Shown here in pieces: positions 28,167-37,900 of a stretch of 64,000 nt of DNA. The notes beneath the pieces were generated by a model that was not told the origin of the DNA, did not search any database, and saw only the letters and a program-made list of their open reading frames with translations. The translations under genes were made by a program, and so were the position numbers. Origin of the DNA: Alphaproteobacteria bacterium (lineage in GTDB: Bacteria > Pseudomonadota > Alphaproteobacteria > UBA2136 > UBA6156); contig DATAJX010000001.1 in the NCBI GenBank assembly GCA_036261915.1, positions 83,875-147,874 of the forward strand, read 5' to 3'. Within the stretch, counting starts at the first letter, position 1, and every line of letters starts with the position of its first letter.

Positions 28167-29905
28167 TACGCGTCGTCCTCGGGTTCGTCATCGTCCTTGC
28201 GCGGCGCAAACGGCTTGATGTTATCCGGCTTGGGGGCAGGGAAGGTCTGCACCTCGCCACCGGTGGCCTTGCCCACGCCGGGGTTGGTGCCGGTCCCGCC
28301 AATCACACCGAACAGGAACGCACCCTCGTGCCAGTGGTCCAGCGCGGCCTTCAGCTCGGGGCAATAGCGCGCGGCCTTGCTCAAAATGGTGCGGCCTTCC
28401 ACGGCCAGGCTCACACCCTCGTTACGGGCCTGAACCAGCGCTTCAATGGCGGTACGGTTGGCAATGGCACCGGCCTGGCTGCCCCAGGGGTGTCCCATGA
28501 TGCTGCCGCCACATTGAATGACCACATGGTCGCCCATCGCATCGATCAGGCGGGGGAAGTGCCACGGGTTGTGCCCGCCGCCCACGGCCGGAATGGCCGG
28601 GTTCAACCCATGGAAAGGCTGGCTCACATAGTGCCCGGTGTCGGGCGCAGCCTGCACCAGGTCGTCGCGCAACGCGGCCATCACGCCGCTCACCTGGCGG
28701 CGGTTGGTCACGCTGCCGCGCAGCGGGCTGGCGGTGCTCACCATGTCGCAACCGGCCCAGCGCAACAGCTTGGCATGCAACTGTTCGCTCATCATGTCGC
28801 CGCTCAGGGCGCGGCCGCCCATGGCGCACAGCACCATCTCGTTCTTGCGGCACCACTCGGTCAGGCTGTGCAATGCGGCCCAGCCAATCGCCACGCTGTC
28901 CACCATCACCATGGCCATTTCCATGTCCTTGGCCCACAGCGCGCGCTCCAGCATCAGGTCAACAGTGGGTGCGGTAATATTGCAGGCATGGCTTTTAAAC
29001 TCATTGGTCTCGCGCATGGCGGCATGGGCGGCTTCTGCGGCGTACCTGAAGCGCTCGCGCCAGCCGTTGGTGGGTATGCTGTGCAGCAAAACCGGGTCGG
29101 CGCAAAAATCGGCCCCGCCCACCAGGGCCTCGTACACCGCGCGGCCATATTGACGGGCACTCAACCCCTGCATGGGGCGGATGGTACAGCTCATCAGCGG
29201 GCGCCCGTGCTTGTTCATGGCATCGCGCAAGCCGCGCACGCCAAAGGCCGGGCCGCGGAAGGTCCGGGCCAGCAGTTCCGGCAATCTAATATCCATCAGC
29301 CGCGCGCCGGTGCCGGTCAGCGCCGCGCTCACCACGCTCAGCACGCCGGGCACGCTGCCGCCTTCAATCAACAGGTGGGGCACCAGCAGGTGCAGCCGTA
29401 TCCGGCGCGGGCCCACGGTCTCGGCATGGGTCACGGCGGGCTGCGGCTGGGTCGGGTCGGCATATTCCTGCGTCCAGCTGTCCACCCATACGCCTTGCAT
29501 GGCGCTGCTTATCAGCTTGCTGGCGCTGGCGGGGGTGTGGTCCGTATCGGCCAGTTCCAGCACGGCGGTTAAAGCGGTCTCCGGGCTCAGCACGGCCGAA
29601 GCCCCGCCACCCACCACCGGCACATTATCCGCCTGCGGCGCCACCAAACTGTCCAGCGGCACCCCCAGCGCCCGGGCGATCTTCACCACGCTGCCAAAAC
29701 CGGGGTTGGTATGCCCGCTCAATATCCGGCTCAGGCTGGCCATGCTCACGCCACTGGCCCGCGCCAGCTCGGCCGAGCTCATGCCCTTGCCCGCCAACAA
29801 TTCCTTAATAACGTCGCCCAAGTTTTCCGAATGTATCATGTTGCGTTTATGGAATACCCCTTGCAAATACGCAACCAAAAAACCGCCTTTTCCGGCAAGT
29901 CTCAT
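28166..29905 (-). CDS. HTH(XRE)-RuBisCO large-subunit-like fusion protein (non-canonical active site)
   Basis: Residues ~25-85 are an XRE-type HTH (LGDVIKELLAGKGMSSAELARASGVSMASLSRILSGHTNP). The rest aligns with the RbcL N- and C-domains (FRGPAFGVRGLRDAMNKHGRPLMSCTIRPMQGLSARQYGRAVYEALVGG; GGGHNPWHFPRLIDAMGDHVVIQCGGSIMGHPWGSQAGAIANRTAIEALVQARNEG). The catalytic K175/K177/K201/D203/E204/H294/H327/K334 equivalents are replaced. Real start may be the internal ATG ~29839 (MIHSENLGD...). Confidence 0.8.
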   Translation of the reverse strand: MRLAGKGGFLVAYLQGVFHKRNMIHSENLGDVIKELLAGKGMSSAELARASGVSMASLSRILSGHTNPGFGSVVKIARALGVPLDSLVAPQADNVPVVGGGASAVLSPETALTAVLELADTDHTPASASKLISSAMQGVWVDSWTQEYADPTQPQPAVTHAETVGPRRIRLHLLVPHLLIEGGSVPGVLSVVSAALTGTGARLMDIRLPELLARTFRGPAFGVRGLRDAMNKHGRPLMSCTIRPMQGLSARQYGRAVYEALVGGADFCADPVLLHSIPTNGWRERFRYAAEAAHAAMRETNEFKSHACNITAPTVDLMLERALWAKDMEMAMVMVDSVAIGWAALHSLTEWCRKNEMVLCAMGGRALSGDMMSEQLHAKLLRWAGCDMVSTASPLRGSVTNRRQVSGVMAALRDDLVQAAPDTGHYVSQPFHGLNPAIPAVGGGHNPWHFPRLIDAMGDHVVIQCGGSIMGHPWGSQAGAIANRTAIEALVQARNEGVSLAVEGRTILSKAARYCPELKAALDHWHEGAFLFGVIGGTGTNPGVGKATGGEVQTFPAPKPDNIKPFAPRKDDDEPEDDA

Positions 29906-30017
29906 GTAAGCAACCTAAAAAAACTGTGTGTTTATGGCCAAAAAAGCCCAAAAACCCATTGTCCTGCAAGCAAGGCTTTGGCATGTATGCACCGTTAATA
30001 ACCTAAGGAGTACATAC
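29906..30017. promoter_or_regulatory. Divergent intergenic control region between HTH-RbcL-like operon and OMP gene
   Basis: 112-bp AT-richer spacer between divergently transcribed genes; expected location of both promoters and of any operator bound by the XRE HTH. Confidence 0.4.
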
Positions 30018-30626
30018 ATGAAGCAAGTAGCAATTTTAACCGTTGTGGCAGCAGGCCTTATCGCAAGCAACGCCATGGCAACCGACGGCGCCTACATGGG
30101 CGTGCAGGGCGGTTATAGCTCGATCAAGGCCAAGCAAGAAGGCAACCTGAACGGCGCCGGCCTCAGCGATACCAACAACGCCGACGGCGCACAGCTGGGT
30201 GTGTACGGTGGTTACGGTAAAACCTTCAACAATGTTTATCTGGGCGCCGAAGTCGAAGCCAACGGCACCAACAACAGCATGGATCCCAACTACAGCGGCA
30301 ACGCCACCAAGTTCAAGCAGGAGTACAACTACGGCGCCGCAGCGCGTGTGGGCTATAACTACAACGATTGCCTGATGCCCTACGTTCGCGCCGGTGTTAC
30401 CCGTGCCAAGTTCAACCAGGTGGGCGGCAACCTCGACGACAGCCAAACCAAAACCGGCTTCGCCCCGGGCGTGGGTCTCGAATACCACGTGGCCGACCAC
30501 ATGAGCGTACGCGGCGAACTGGTCAGCACCTACTACGGCCGCATGGACAGCTCCAACAGCACCTCGGGCGTCAGCAGCAAGCTGAACGACCGCGTGGCCC
30601 GCGTCGGTCTCACCTACAACTTCTAA
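30018..30626 (+). CDS. Outer-membrane beta-barrel protein (OmpA-like/OmpW-type small barrel)
   Basis: AAGGAG RBS 7 nt upstream; signal peptide MKQVAILTVVAAGLIASNAMA; alternating amphipathic strands rich in Y/G/N; C-terminal ...GLTYNF. Confidence 0.7.
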   Translation: MKQVAILTVVAAGLIASNAMATDGAYMGVQGGYSSIKAKQEGNLNGAGLSDTNNADGAQLGVYGGYGKTFNNVYLGAEVEANGTNNSMDPNYSGNATKFKQEYNYGAAARVGYNYNDCLMPYVRAGVTRAKFNQVGGNLDDSQTKTGFAPGVGLEYHVADHMSVRGELVSTYYGRMDSSNSTSGVSSKLNDRVARVGLTYNF

Positions 30627-30647
30627 CGAAGTTACCGTTACCTATCC

Positions 30648-30680
30648 AAAAAAACCGGCCTGTGGGGGCCGGTTTTTAAA
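30648..30680. terminator. Bidirectional terminator between OMP gene and tRNA
   Basis: AACCGGCC-tgtggg-GGCCGGTT hairpin flanked by AAAAAAA / TTTTT. Confidence 0.7.
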
Positions 30681-30684
30681 TTTC

Positions 30685-30761
30685 TGGTGGCGCCTCACGG
30701 ATTCGAACCGCGGACACGAGGATTATGATTCCTCTGCTCTAACCAACTGAGCTAAGGCGCC
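30685..30761 (-). tRNA. tRNA with CAT anticodon (elongator Met or Ile2/lysidine type)
   Basis: Reverse complement GGCGCCTTAGCTCAGTTGGTTAGAGCAGAGGAATCATAATCCTCGTGTCCGCGGTTCGAATCCGTGAGGCGCCACCA folds as cloverleaf; anticodon loop ATCATAA; G1-C72 pair so not initiator. Confidence 0.85.
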
Positions 30762-30864
30762 ACACGGGGCGATAGGTAGCCTTACTGCCATAAAGTGTCA
30801 ACAAGGCGTTCACAATTAGCCAATAAAAGGCTACATTGCGCGCCTTATATAGAGAAAAGACCCC

Positions 30865-32127
30865 ATGCAGCGCACCGCCTACTTCCTTAAAACCACCAAA
30901 GACGTCGCCAAAACCGAAGTCAGCCGCAATGCGCAACTGCTCATCCGCGCGGGTATGGTCAACCAGTTGATGGCCGGGGCCTACAGCTATTTGCCGCTGG
31001 GCCTGCGGGTGCTCACCAAAATCGAAAACATCATCCGCGACGAAATGAACAGGCTCGGCGCCGGCGAGTTGCTTATGCCCGCGCTGCAACCGCGCGAGAT
31101 ATGGGACGTCACCGGCCGCTGGGATAAGATAGACGTGCTTTTCAAGCTCAAGGGTGCGGGCGATCGCGACCTGGCACTGGGCCCCACGCACGAAGAAGTT
31201 ATCACCCCGCTGGCCGCCACGGTCATCAACAGCTACCGCGACCTGCCCACCGCCGTTTACCAGGTGCAAACCAAGTTCCGGAATGAGGCCCGTGCCAAAA
31301 GCGGCCTGCTGCGCGGGCGCGAATTCCGTATGAAAGACATGTACAGCTTCCACGCCACGCAGGAAGACCTCGATGCCTTTTACGAAAAGGCGACCGAAGC
31401 CTACCAGCGCATCTACCAGCGCGTGGGGCTGGGCGATTTAACGTTGCGTACTTTCGCCTCGGGCGGCGCCTTCAGTAAATACTCGCACGAATTCCAAACG
31501 CTCACCGAAAGCGGCGAAGACATCGTTTATAAGCTTCCCAACGGCGATGCCATCAACGAAGAGATCATCACCGAACGCGAAGCCATCGCCGACCTGATTC
31601 CAAACTATAAAGAAGGCGACGAAGCCAAACTGCAAAAAGCCAAATCCATCGAGGTCGGCAACATCTTCAAGCTCGGCACCCGCTTTTCCGAGGCCTTCAA
31701 CCTTACCTACACCGATAAAGACGGCAGCGTAAAACACCCGGTCATGGGCTGCTACGGCGTCGGCCCCAGCCGCGTCATGGGTACGGTGGCCGAAGTGCTC
31801 TCCGACGAAGCCGGCCTCATCTGGCCGATGGAGATCGCGCCTTTCCACGTCGGCATCGTCAACCTGCGGGTGTCCGACGACGGCTGCAACATCGCCACCG
31901 CCAAACTGAATGATATCCTCACCGCCCAGGGGTTCGAAGTGCTGGTCGACGACCGCGACACCGGCGCGGGCGATAAATTCGCCGACATGGACCTCATAGG
32001 CCTGCCGTGGCAGGCCACCATAGGCCCCAAGGGCGTGGCGGCGGGCGAAGTGGAATGGAAAAACCGCAAAACCGGCCAAAAGCAAAGCCTGCCCATGGGC
32101 AAGTTGCCCGAAGGCTTGTCTCTTTAA
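30865..32127 (+). CDS. proS: Proline--tRNA ligase (short bacterial form without INS editing domain)
   Basis: Class II aaRS; N-terminus RNAQLLIRAGMVNQLMAGAYSYLPLGLRVLTKIENIIRDEM typical of ProRS; 420 aa. Confidence 0.85.
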   Translation: MQRTAYFLKTTKDVAKTEVSRNAQLLIRAGMVNQLMAGAYSYLPLGLRVLTKIENIIRDEMNRLGAGELLMPALQPREIWDVTGRWDKIDVLFKLKGAGDRDLALGPTHEEVITPLAATVINSYRDLPTAVYQVQTKFRNEARAKSGLLRGREFRMKDMYSFHATQEDLDAFYEKATEAYQRIYQRVGLGDLTLRTFASGGAFSKYSHEFQTLTESGEDIVYKLPNGDAINEEIITEREAIADLIPNYKEGDEAKLQKAKSIEVGNIFKLGTRFSEAFNLTYTDKDGSVKHPVMGCYGVGPSRVMGTVAEVLSDEAGLIWPMEIAPFHVGIVNLRVSDDGCNIATAKLNDILTAQGFEVLVDDRDTGAGDKFADMDLIGLPWQATIGPKGVAAGEVEWKNRKTGQKQSLPMGKLPEGLSL

Positions 32128-32134
32128 AAAGAAA

Positions 32135-32158
32135 AACGGCCCCAGCAGGGGCCGTTTC
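32135..32158. terminator. Bidirectional terminator after proS
   Basis: AACGGCCCC-agca-GGGGCCGTT hairpin. Confidence 0.65.
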
Positions 32159-32380
32159 CTATTCAAGCCGTTTGGCCGTGGTGCACAGGCAGGTGCCGTC
32201 GGTAAACTTCAGGCACACCACCGGGTCGAGCAGGGCCTTACGGTCCTTCGGCGGGGGCTCAACGTAATAAACCTCACCCACCTGTCCCACATAATCCCCG
32301 AATATGTCCTGAAACATCTGGGGCTGCGGGGCCTCCTTCAACTTGGCCATGTCTTTCACGGCCCAGCTACGCATACTCAT
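32159..32380 (-). CDS. Small hypothetical protein (73 aa)
   Basis: ATG 32380 overlaps the stop of the upstream small gene (ATGA); no family recognised. Confidence 0.4.
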   Translation of the reverse strand: MSMRSWAVKDMAKLKEAPQPQMFQDIFGDYVGQVGEVYYVEPPPKDRKALLDPVVCLKFTDGTCLCTTAKRLE

Positions 32381-32559
32381 ACGGGGTTCTCCAAAAGGCG
32401 GGTGAGTTTCCAATCGCCGGTTTGCGGGTCTTTGTAATCAACCAGTACGCGTTCATCGGCCACATGCACCACCACAGCTTCAAAGGTGCCGGAGCGAGTA
32501 GGGGTGCCGTCGGGTAAATGCAGGGTAATGGTCACCCTGCTGCCTACAATCAGGGGCAT
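32377..32559 (-). CDS. Small hypothetical protein (60 aa)
   Basis: GGAG RBS 7 nt upstream of ATG 32559; beta-rich small protein; coupled to 32159..32380. Confidence 0.4.
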   Translation of the reverse strand: MPLIVGSRVTITLHLPDGTPTRSGTFEAVVVHVADERVLVDYKDPQTGDWKLTRLLENPV

Positions 32560-32653
32560 TCAGGGCTCCGTTTGTTAAAAAGGTATCGGTTTCGTTAAGC
32601 TATTGATAGTATACATTGTAAATTGCGGCAACCCTGTGCTACCTAAAGAAATC

Positions 32654-33887
32654 ATGCCGAATTTAATCACCACCTTCGTCGCCCGCTACGCCCGTGGCCG
32701 TCGCGGCTTCACCCGGGTGGTCACGGCCTGCAGCGTAGCGGGCATTTTGCTTGGTGTTGCGGCGCTCATCATTGTCATGGCGGTCATGTCGGGCTTCCGC
32801 GACGAACTCATCGGCCGCATCCTTGGCATCGCAGGCCACGCCACGGTCGAAGTCGCTGGCCTCACAACGCCCGAAGCCACCCTCATGGCGGCCGATATCA
32901 AAAACCTCAAAGGCGTTACCAGCGCAGTGCCGTATATTTCCGGGCAGGTGATGATCTCGGCCAACGGGCAGGCGGGGGGCGCCATCATCCGCGGCCTCAA
33001 CGTGGCCGACATCCCCCAATCGGTGCGCAGCCACCTGCTGCAAGGCACGGCCGACCTCCAACCGGGCGACATCCTCATCGGCGAACGCCTGGCCGCCACC
33101 CTGCGCGTGGGCGTGGGCAGCGGCGTCACGCTCATTTCGCCGCAAGGCCTGCGCACGCTCATGGGCTTCGTGCCGCGCATCGAAACCTTCCGCGTCGGCG
33201 GCATCTTCAAAATCGGCATGGTGCAGTTTGATAGCGGCATGGTGCTGGGCAACATGGCCGATTTCCAAAAGTTCCTGCAGCTTGATAACCGCGTCTCGGC
33301 GCTCGAGGTCCGCGTGGCCGATCCCGAAAAGATCGAGCCGCTGGGCTGGAAGATCGGCGAAGTCGCCAGCTACCGCGCCGGCAGCAACATGGCGGTCAGC
33401 GTCAACACCTGGCAGCAGCAAAACGTCGATTTCTTCCGCGCCCTGCAGGTCGAGCGCGTCACCATGTTCATCATCCTCAGCCTCATCGTCATCGTCGCGG
33501 CCTTCACCATCATCACCGGGCAAATGATGCTGGTGAACGATAAACTGGCCGACATCGCCATCCTCCGCACCATGGGCGCCACGCGTTCCCACATCCGCCG
33601 TATCTTCCTCATGAACGGCCTGCTGCTGGGCGGCATGGGCATCGCGGGCGGCGTGCTGCTCGGCGTCATCGTGGTGTTCAACATGACAGCCGTAGTCGGC
33701 GGCATCAAAGCTGTTACAGGCATCGAGCTGTTCCCCGCCGATGTCTACTTCCTCTCGCAACTGCCCAGCCGTCTCGACGGCACCGACATGTTCGGCATCG
33801 TCGGCATGGCGCTGTTCCTCACGCTGCTGGCCAGCTGGTATCCGGCCTGGCGTGCCGCCCAACTCGACCCCGTGGAGTTGCTGCGCC

Positions 33888-33895
<8 letters not shown>
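32654..33895 (+). CDS. lolE: Lipoprotein-releasing system transmembrane permease LolC/E
   Basis: FtsX-like 4-TM permease with large periplasmic MacB-like domain; followed by lolD. Confidence 0.8.
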
Positions 33896-34565
<670 letters not shown>

Positions 34566-34611
34566 GCATTTCCCGCCCCATATGAAAGGGGTTGATAACA
34601 GGGAGGCCTCA

Positions 34612-34809
34612 ATGGCCAACAATGTAACGTTTGATCACTATGCTCACGACGAAGACGAGCGCCCCTACCGCGCCAAACGCCGCCGCAAAAGCGATTTCCG
34701 CCATGGCGGTGGCGCTTCGGTCCGCAAGGCCCAAAACCTCATCGCCCGCGAAGCGCTGCCCGAACGCGGCAGCCCCCAGTCTTCCTACAATCTACAGCGC
34801 CAGCGCTGA
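34612..34809 (+). CDS. Small basic hypothetical protein (65 aa)
   Basis: GGGAGG RBS 5 nt upstream of ATG 34612; Arg/Lys-rich; followed by a perfect palindromic terminator. Confidence 0.45.
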   Translation: MANNVTFDHYAHDEDERPYRAKRRRKSDFRHGGGASVRKAQNLIAREALPERGSPQSSYNLQRQR

Positions 34810-34813
34810 ACGA

Positions 34814-34848
34814 AACGGCCCGGAGATATCTCTCCGGGCCGTTTTGTC
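34814..34848 (+). terminator. Rho-independent terminator
   Basis: AACGGCCCGGAGAT/ATCTCCGGGCCGTT perfect palindrome followed by TTTG. Confidence 0.7.
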
Positions 34849-34911
34849 TGGCCACCCCTCCAGCCGCAAAAAAGTGGAGAAAGATTAACCCTGTTTTACC
34901 GCGCCAAGCCC

Positions 34912-34946
34912 TTCAAGTCACGCCGCAAAAGGGCTACATTACGCCC
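34912..34946 (+). promoter_or_regulatory. Putative promoter for a leaderless dnaE transcript
   Basis: TTCAAG - 17 nt - TACATT (34935..34940) - 6 nt - ATG; no SD. Confidence 0.35.
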
Positions 34947-37900
34947 ATGGCACCCGGCTTCATCCCCTTAACCGTCAAAACCAGCTTTTCGCTGCTGGAA
35001 GGGATGATCCAGCCCAAGCCGCTGGCCAAAACCGCCGCCAAACTGGGCTATCCGGCTATCGGAATTACAGACATCGGCAACATGTTCGGCGCGGTCGAAC
35101 TTTCCAAATACCTGCCCGAGCAGGGCGTGCAGCCCATCCTGGGCACCGAACTGCCCCTCTGGCTGCCCACCGCGCCGGGCAAGCAGCGGCAGGCGGGTTA
35201 CGTTAGCCTGCTGGTGCAAAACCACACGGGCTGGCAAAACCTGTGCAAACTCATTTCCATCGCGCAGGCCGCCAAACTTACCGAAGGCCGCGACGGCCTC
35301 GATATGTCCCAACTGCTCGAGTTCAACGCGGGCCTCATCCTGCTCTCCGGCCCTTATCATCGCGGCGCGGCCGATATGTGGCGCCAGCAGGGCACGCTGC
35401 TCGAAAACCTGACCACGCTGCAACAAATTTTCGGCGACAGACTCTACGTGCAGCTCGAACGCCACGGCTCGGCGAACGAAACCGAGATCGAAAGCGCCCT
35501 GTGCGCCGCCGCAACTCAATTACAACTGCCGCTGGTCGCCACCAACGATGTCCGCTTCTTCGAGCCGTCGCAGCAAACCGCATGCGAAGTGCTGCTCTCC
35601 ATCGGCGACAGTACCACTATGGCCGACCCCAACCGCCGCAAGCTCACGCCCAACCACCGCCTGCGCACCCCGGCCGAAATGATGGAACTGTTCGCCGATA
35701 AACCTTCGGCGCTGGCCAACACCGTGCACATCGCCAAACGCTGCGCCTTCCTGCTGCAGCAGGTCAGCGTCAAAAAAATGTATATGCCCAAGTGGATATT
35801 CTCCGAGGGCGAAGAGGTCTCGCAAACCATCCGGCGCGAGGCTGAAAAAGGCCTGCAAAAACGTCTGGTCGAAGAAGTGCTGCCGCTGTGCGACAGTTCC
35901 GAGGCCGAAGAAGCCGCCGCGCAAAAATATAAAGCGCGCCTCGAATATGAACTCGAAACCCTCATCACCATGGGGTTCGAAGGCTACTTCCTCATCACGT
36001 CCGATTTCATCCGCTGGGCCAAAGGGCAGGGCATCCCGGTTGGCCCGGGCCGTGGGTCGGGTGCCGGTAGCCTGGTGGCCTGGAGCCTGCAGATCACCGA
36101 CCTCGATCCCATCCGCTGGAACCTCTACTTCGAACGCTTCCTCAACCCCGACCGCGTCAGCCTGCCCGATTTCGATATCGATTTCTGCCAGGATCGGCGC
36201 GAAGAGGTCATCGCCTACGTGCGCCAGCGCTTCGGCGCCGACAGGGTCGCGCAGATCATCACTTTCGGTACGCTCAAGGCCCGTGCCTGCATTCGCGACG
36301 TCGGCCGCGTGCTCGGCCTCGGCTACAATTTCTGCGGCGAGGTCGCCAAGTTCATCCCCGAAGGCGCCAACCCGCCCGACCTGCCCACCGTGCTGAAAAC
36401 CGACGAACGCCTGCGCGCCCGGTATGATGAGGAAGAGGACGTCAAAACCCTGCTCGATACCTCCATGCAGCTTGAAGGCTGCTACCGCCACGCCAGCACC
36501 CACGCCGCCGGTATCCACATTGTGGATCGCCCCATCACCGACGTCGCGCCGCTCTACGTCGATCCGCGCGCCAGCCTGCCGGCAACAGCATTCACGTGGG
36601 ACGACGCCGAAAAAGCCGGGCTGGTGAAGTTCGACTTCCTCGGCCTCAAAACGCTCAGCGTCATCCGGCTGGCGCAAAACATGGTGCAGGCTTCGCACAA
36701 GCCCGATTTCGACATCATGAAAATTTCGCTGTCCGATCAAACCCCGTTCGACATGCTCAAAAAGGGCCAGACCCTCGGCGTGTTCCAGATCGAAGGCGCG
36801 GGCATGACCGAACTCACCCGCAAAATGCAGGCCGACGACCTCGAAGCCTTGAGCGCGCTCATCGCCCTCTACCGCCCGGGCCCCATGGAATGGATCCCGC
36901 AGTACATCAACGTGCGGCTGGGGAAGGAAGAACCGGTCTACCCGCACCCGCTGCTGAAGGACACGCTCGAAGTTACCTTCGGCATCGCCGTGTACCAAGA
37001 GCAGGTGATGCAAATGGCTCGCGTGCTGGCAGGCTACACGCTGGCGGGCGCCGACCTGTTGCGCCGCGCCATGGGTAAAAAGCAACCCGAGGAGATGGCG
37101 AAAGAACGCACCAAGTTCGTCACCGGCGCGGCCGTCACAAACGGCATCGAAGAGGCCATGGCCAACAGCATTTTCGACCAGATGAGCGCTTTCGCAGGCT
37201 ACGGTTTCAACAAGGCGCACAGCATGGCCTACGCGCTTATCTCGTACCAAACCGCGTGGCTCAAGGCCAACTACCCGCTCGAGTTCATGGCCAGCACCAT
37301 GACGTACGATCGCGGCGATACCGATAAAATTTTGCGCTACAAGCAAGAGCTCGGCCGTATGGGCTATAAGCTGCTGCCGGTTAGCATCAACAAAAGCGGC
37401 GTGTTCTTCGAAGTGCAGGAAGGCAACCTGCGCCACGGCCTGGCGGCATTAAAGGGCGCGGGCGAAGAAGCCATGCGCCGCGTGGTGGCCGAGCGCGCCA
37501 AAAACGGCCCCTACAAAAACATGTGGGATCTCGTCAGCCGCAACGATCCCCACACCCTCAACCGCCGCCAGTTCGAAGTGCTGGCCAAGGCGGGCGCATT
37601 CGATGACTTCGAGTCCAACCGCGGCATGGTCATGGCCAACCTCGATATTTACCAGAACTACGGCAGCGCCTGCCTCGAGCAACGCGAAAGCGGCCAAACC
37701 GACATGTTCGGCGGCAGCGGCGGAACGCCGAGCGCCGACCCCTACAAGCAAAGCCTGCAACCGCCACTGCAACTCGACGTCCTGCAAAAACTGGCGTTCG
37801 AACAGGAAGCTATCGGCTTCTACCTCTCCGCCCACCCGCTCGATTCCTGCCAGAAGGAACTCGCCCGCCTGCACAGCTACAAACAGCTGTCCGAGATCGA

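Noticed and set aside
27422-29905. Possibility that the RbcL-like/RbcS-like pair is a functional CO2-fixing RuBisCO (cbbLS)
   Set aside because: The catalytic Lys201/Asp203/Glu204 and other active-site residues are substituted. No phosphoribulokinase or other cbb genes are in the window. There is an N-terminal DNA-binding domain and an intervening NUDIX gene.
30685-30761. Calling the CAT-anticodon tRNA an initiator tRNA-fMet
   Set aside because: It has a paired G1-C72 and lacks the three consecutive G-C pairs in the anticodon stem. It is elongator Met or Ile2-type, and I cannot distinguish these from sequence alone.
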